A stretch of DNA of 63,932 bases, counting the filler, from Octopus bimaculoides (lineage: Eukaryota), in NCBI RefSeq assembly GCF_001194135.2. It is 4 parts of 4 records of this genome, joined end to end, with 100 filler letters (N's around TTAATTAATTAA, not from the genome) between each part and the next. Parts side by side here need not be neighbours in the genome. Positions count along the whole stretch, not along the records: positions 60,449 to 63,932 come from NC_069004.1; 3 more parts are not named here. One strand, given 5' to 3'. The notes beneath the pieces are model-generated. The model was not told where the DNA came from, ran no database searches, and worked only from the letters and a program-made list of their open reading frames with translations. Each line of letters starts with the position of its first letter. The stretch's first letter is position 1. The position numbers were made by a program, and so were the translations under genes. Of the stretch, positions 63,874-63,932 are shown in pieces.

Positions 63874-63932
<59 letters not shown>
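63874..63932 (+). repeat. (AG)n microsatellite
   Basis: Direct read. Confidence 0.98.

Overview
AT-rich eukaryotic (metazoan) draft-assembly scaffold with many N gaps. It is very probably cephalopod (Octopus-like); this is inferred from three abundant tRNA-derived SINE families, extreme microsatellite density and decayed RTE, Tx1 and RLE LINEs. There is no intact long protein-coding ORF, no rRNA/tRNA gene and no CRISPR array. The window is intronic or intergenic DNA made mostly of transposon remains. DNA transposons: two near-full-length hAT elements with TIRs and 8-bp TSDs (7829-10643 Charlie/Buster-like; 43484-46601 Tip100-like), Tc1, mariner and Helitron fragments, and MITEs. Retroelements: a ~3.2 kb RTE LINE, a Tx1/L1 3' end, several R4/Dong-like RLE remnants and many SINEs. 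A few short candidate host exons are present. The most interesting signal is a set of minimal type I hammerhead ribozyme motifs of the Penelope/retrozyme type. One complete motif lies in a ~550-bp fold-back element with a hammerhead on each strand (37912-38462), and a related copy at 29196-29236 shows compensatory stem changes. Also notable are a (TAA)n-embedded cluster of a Dong-like RLE fragment with a non-coding repeat, a SINE-derived hairpin, a SINE inserted at a transposase start codon, and an exon-like fragment inside a hAT element. All family assignments come from manual translation and motif recognition; no database searches were run.
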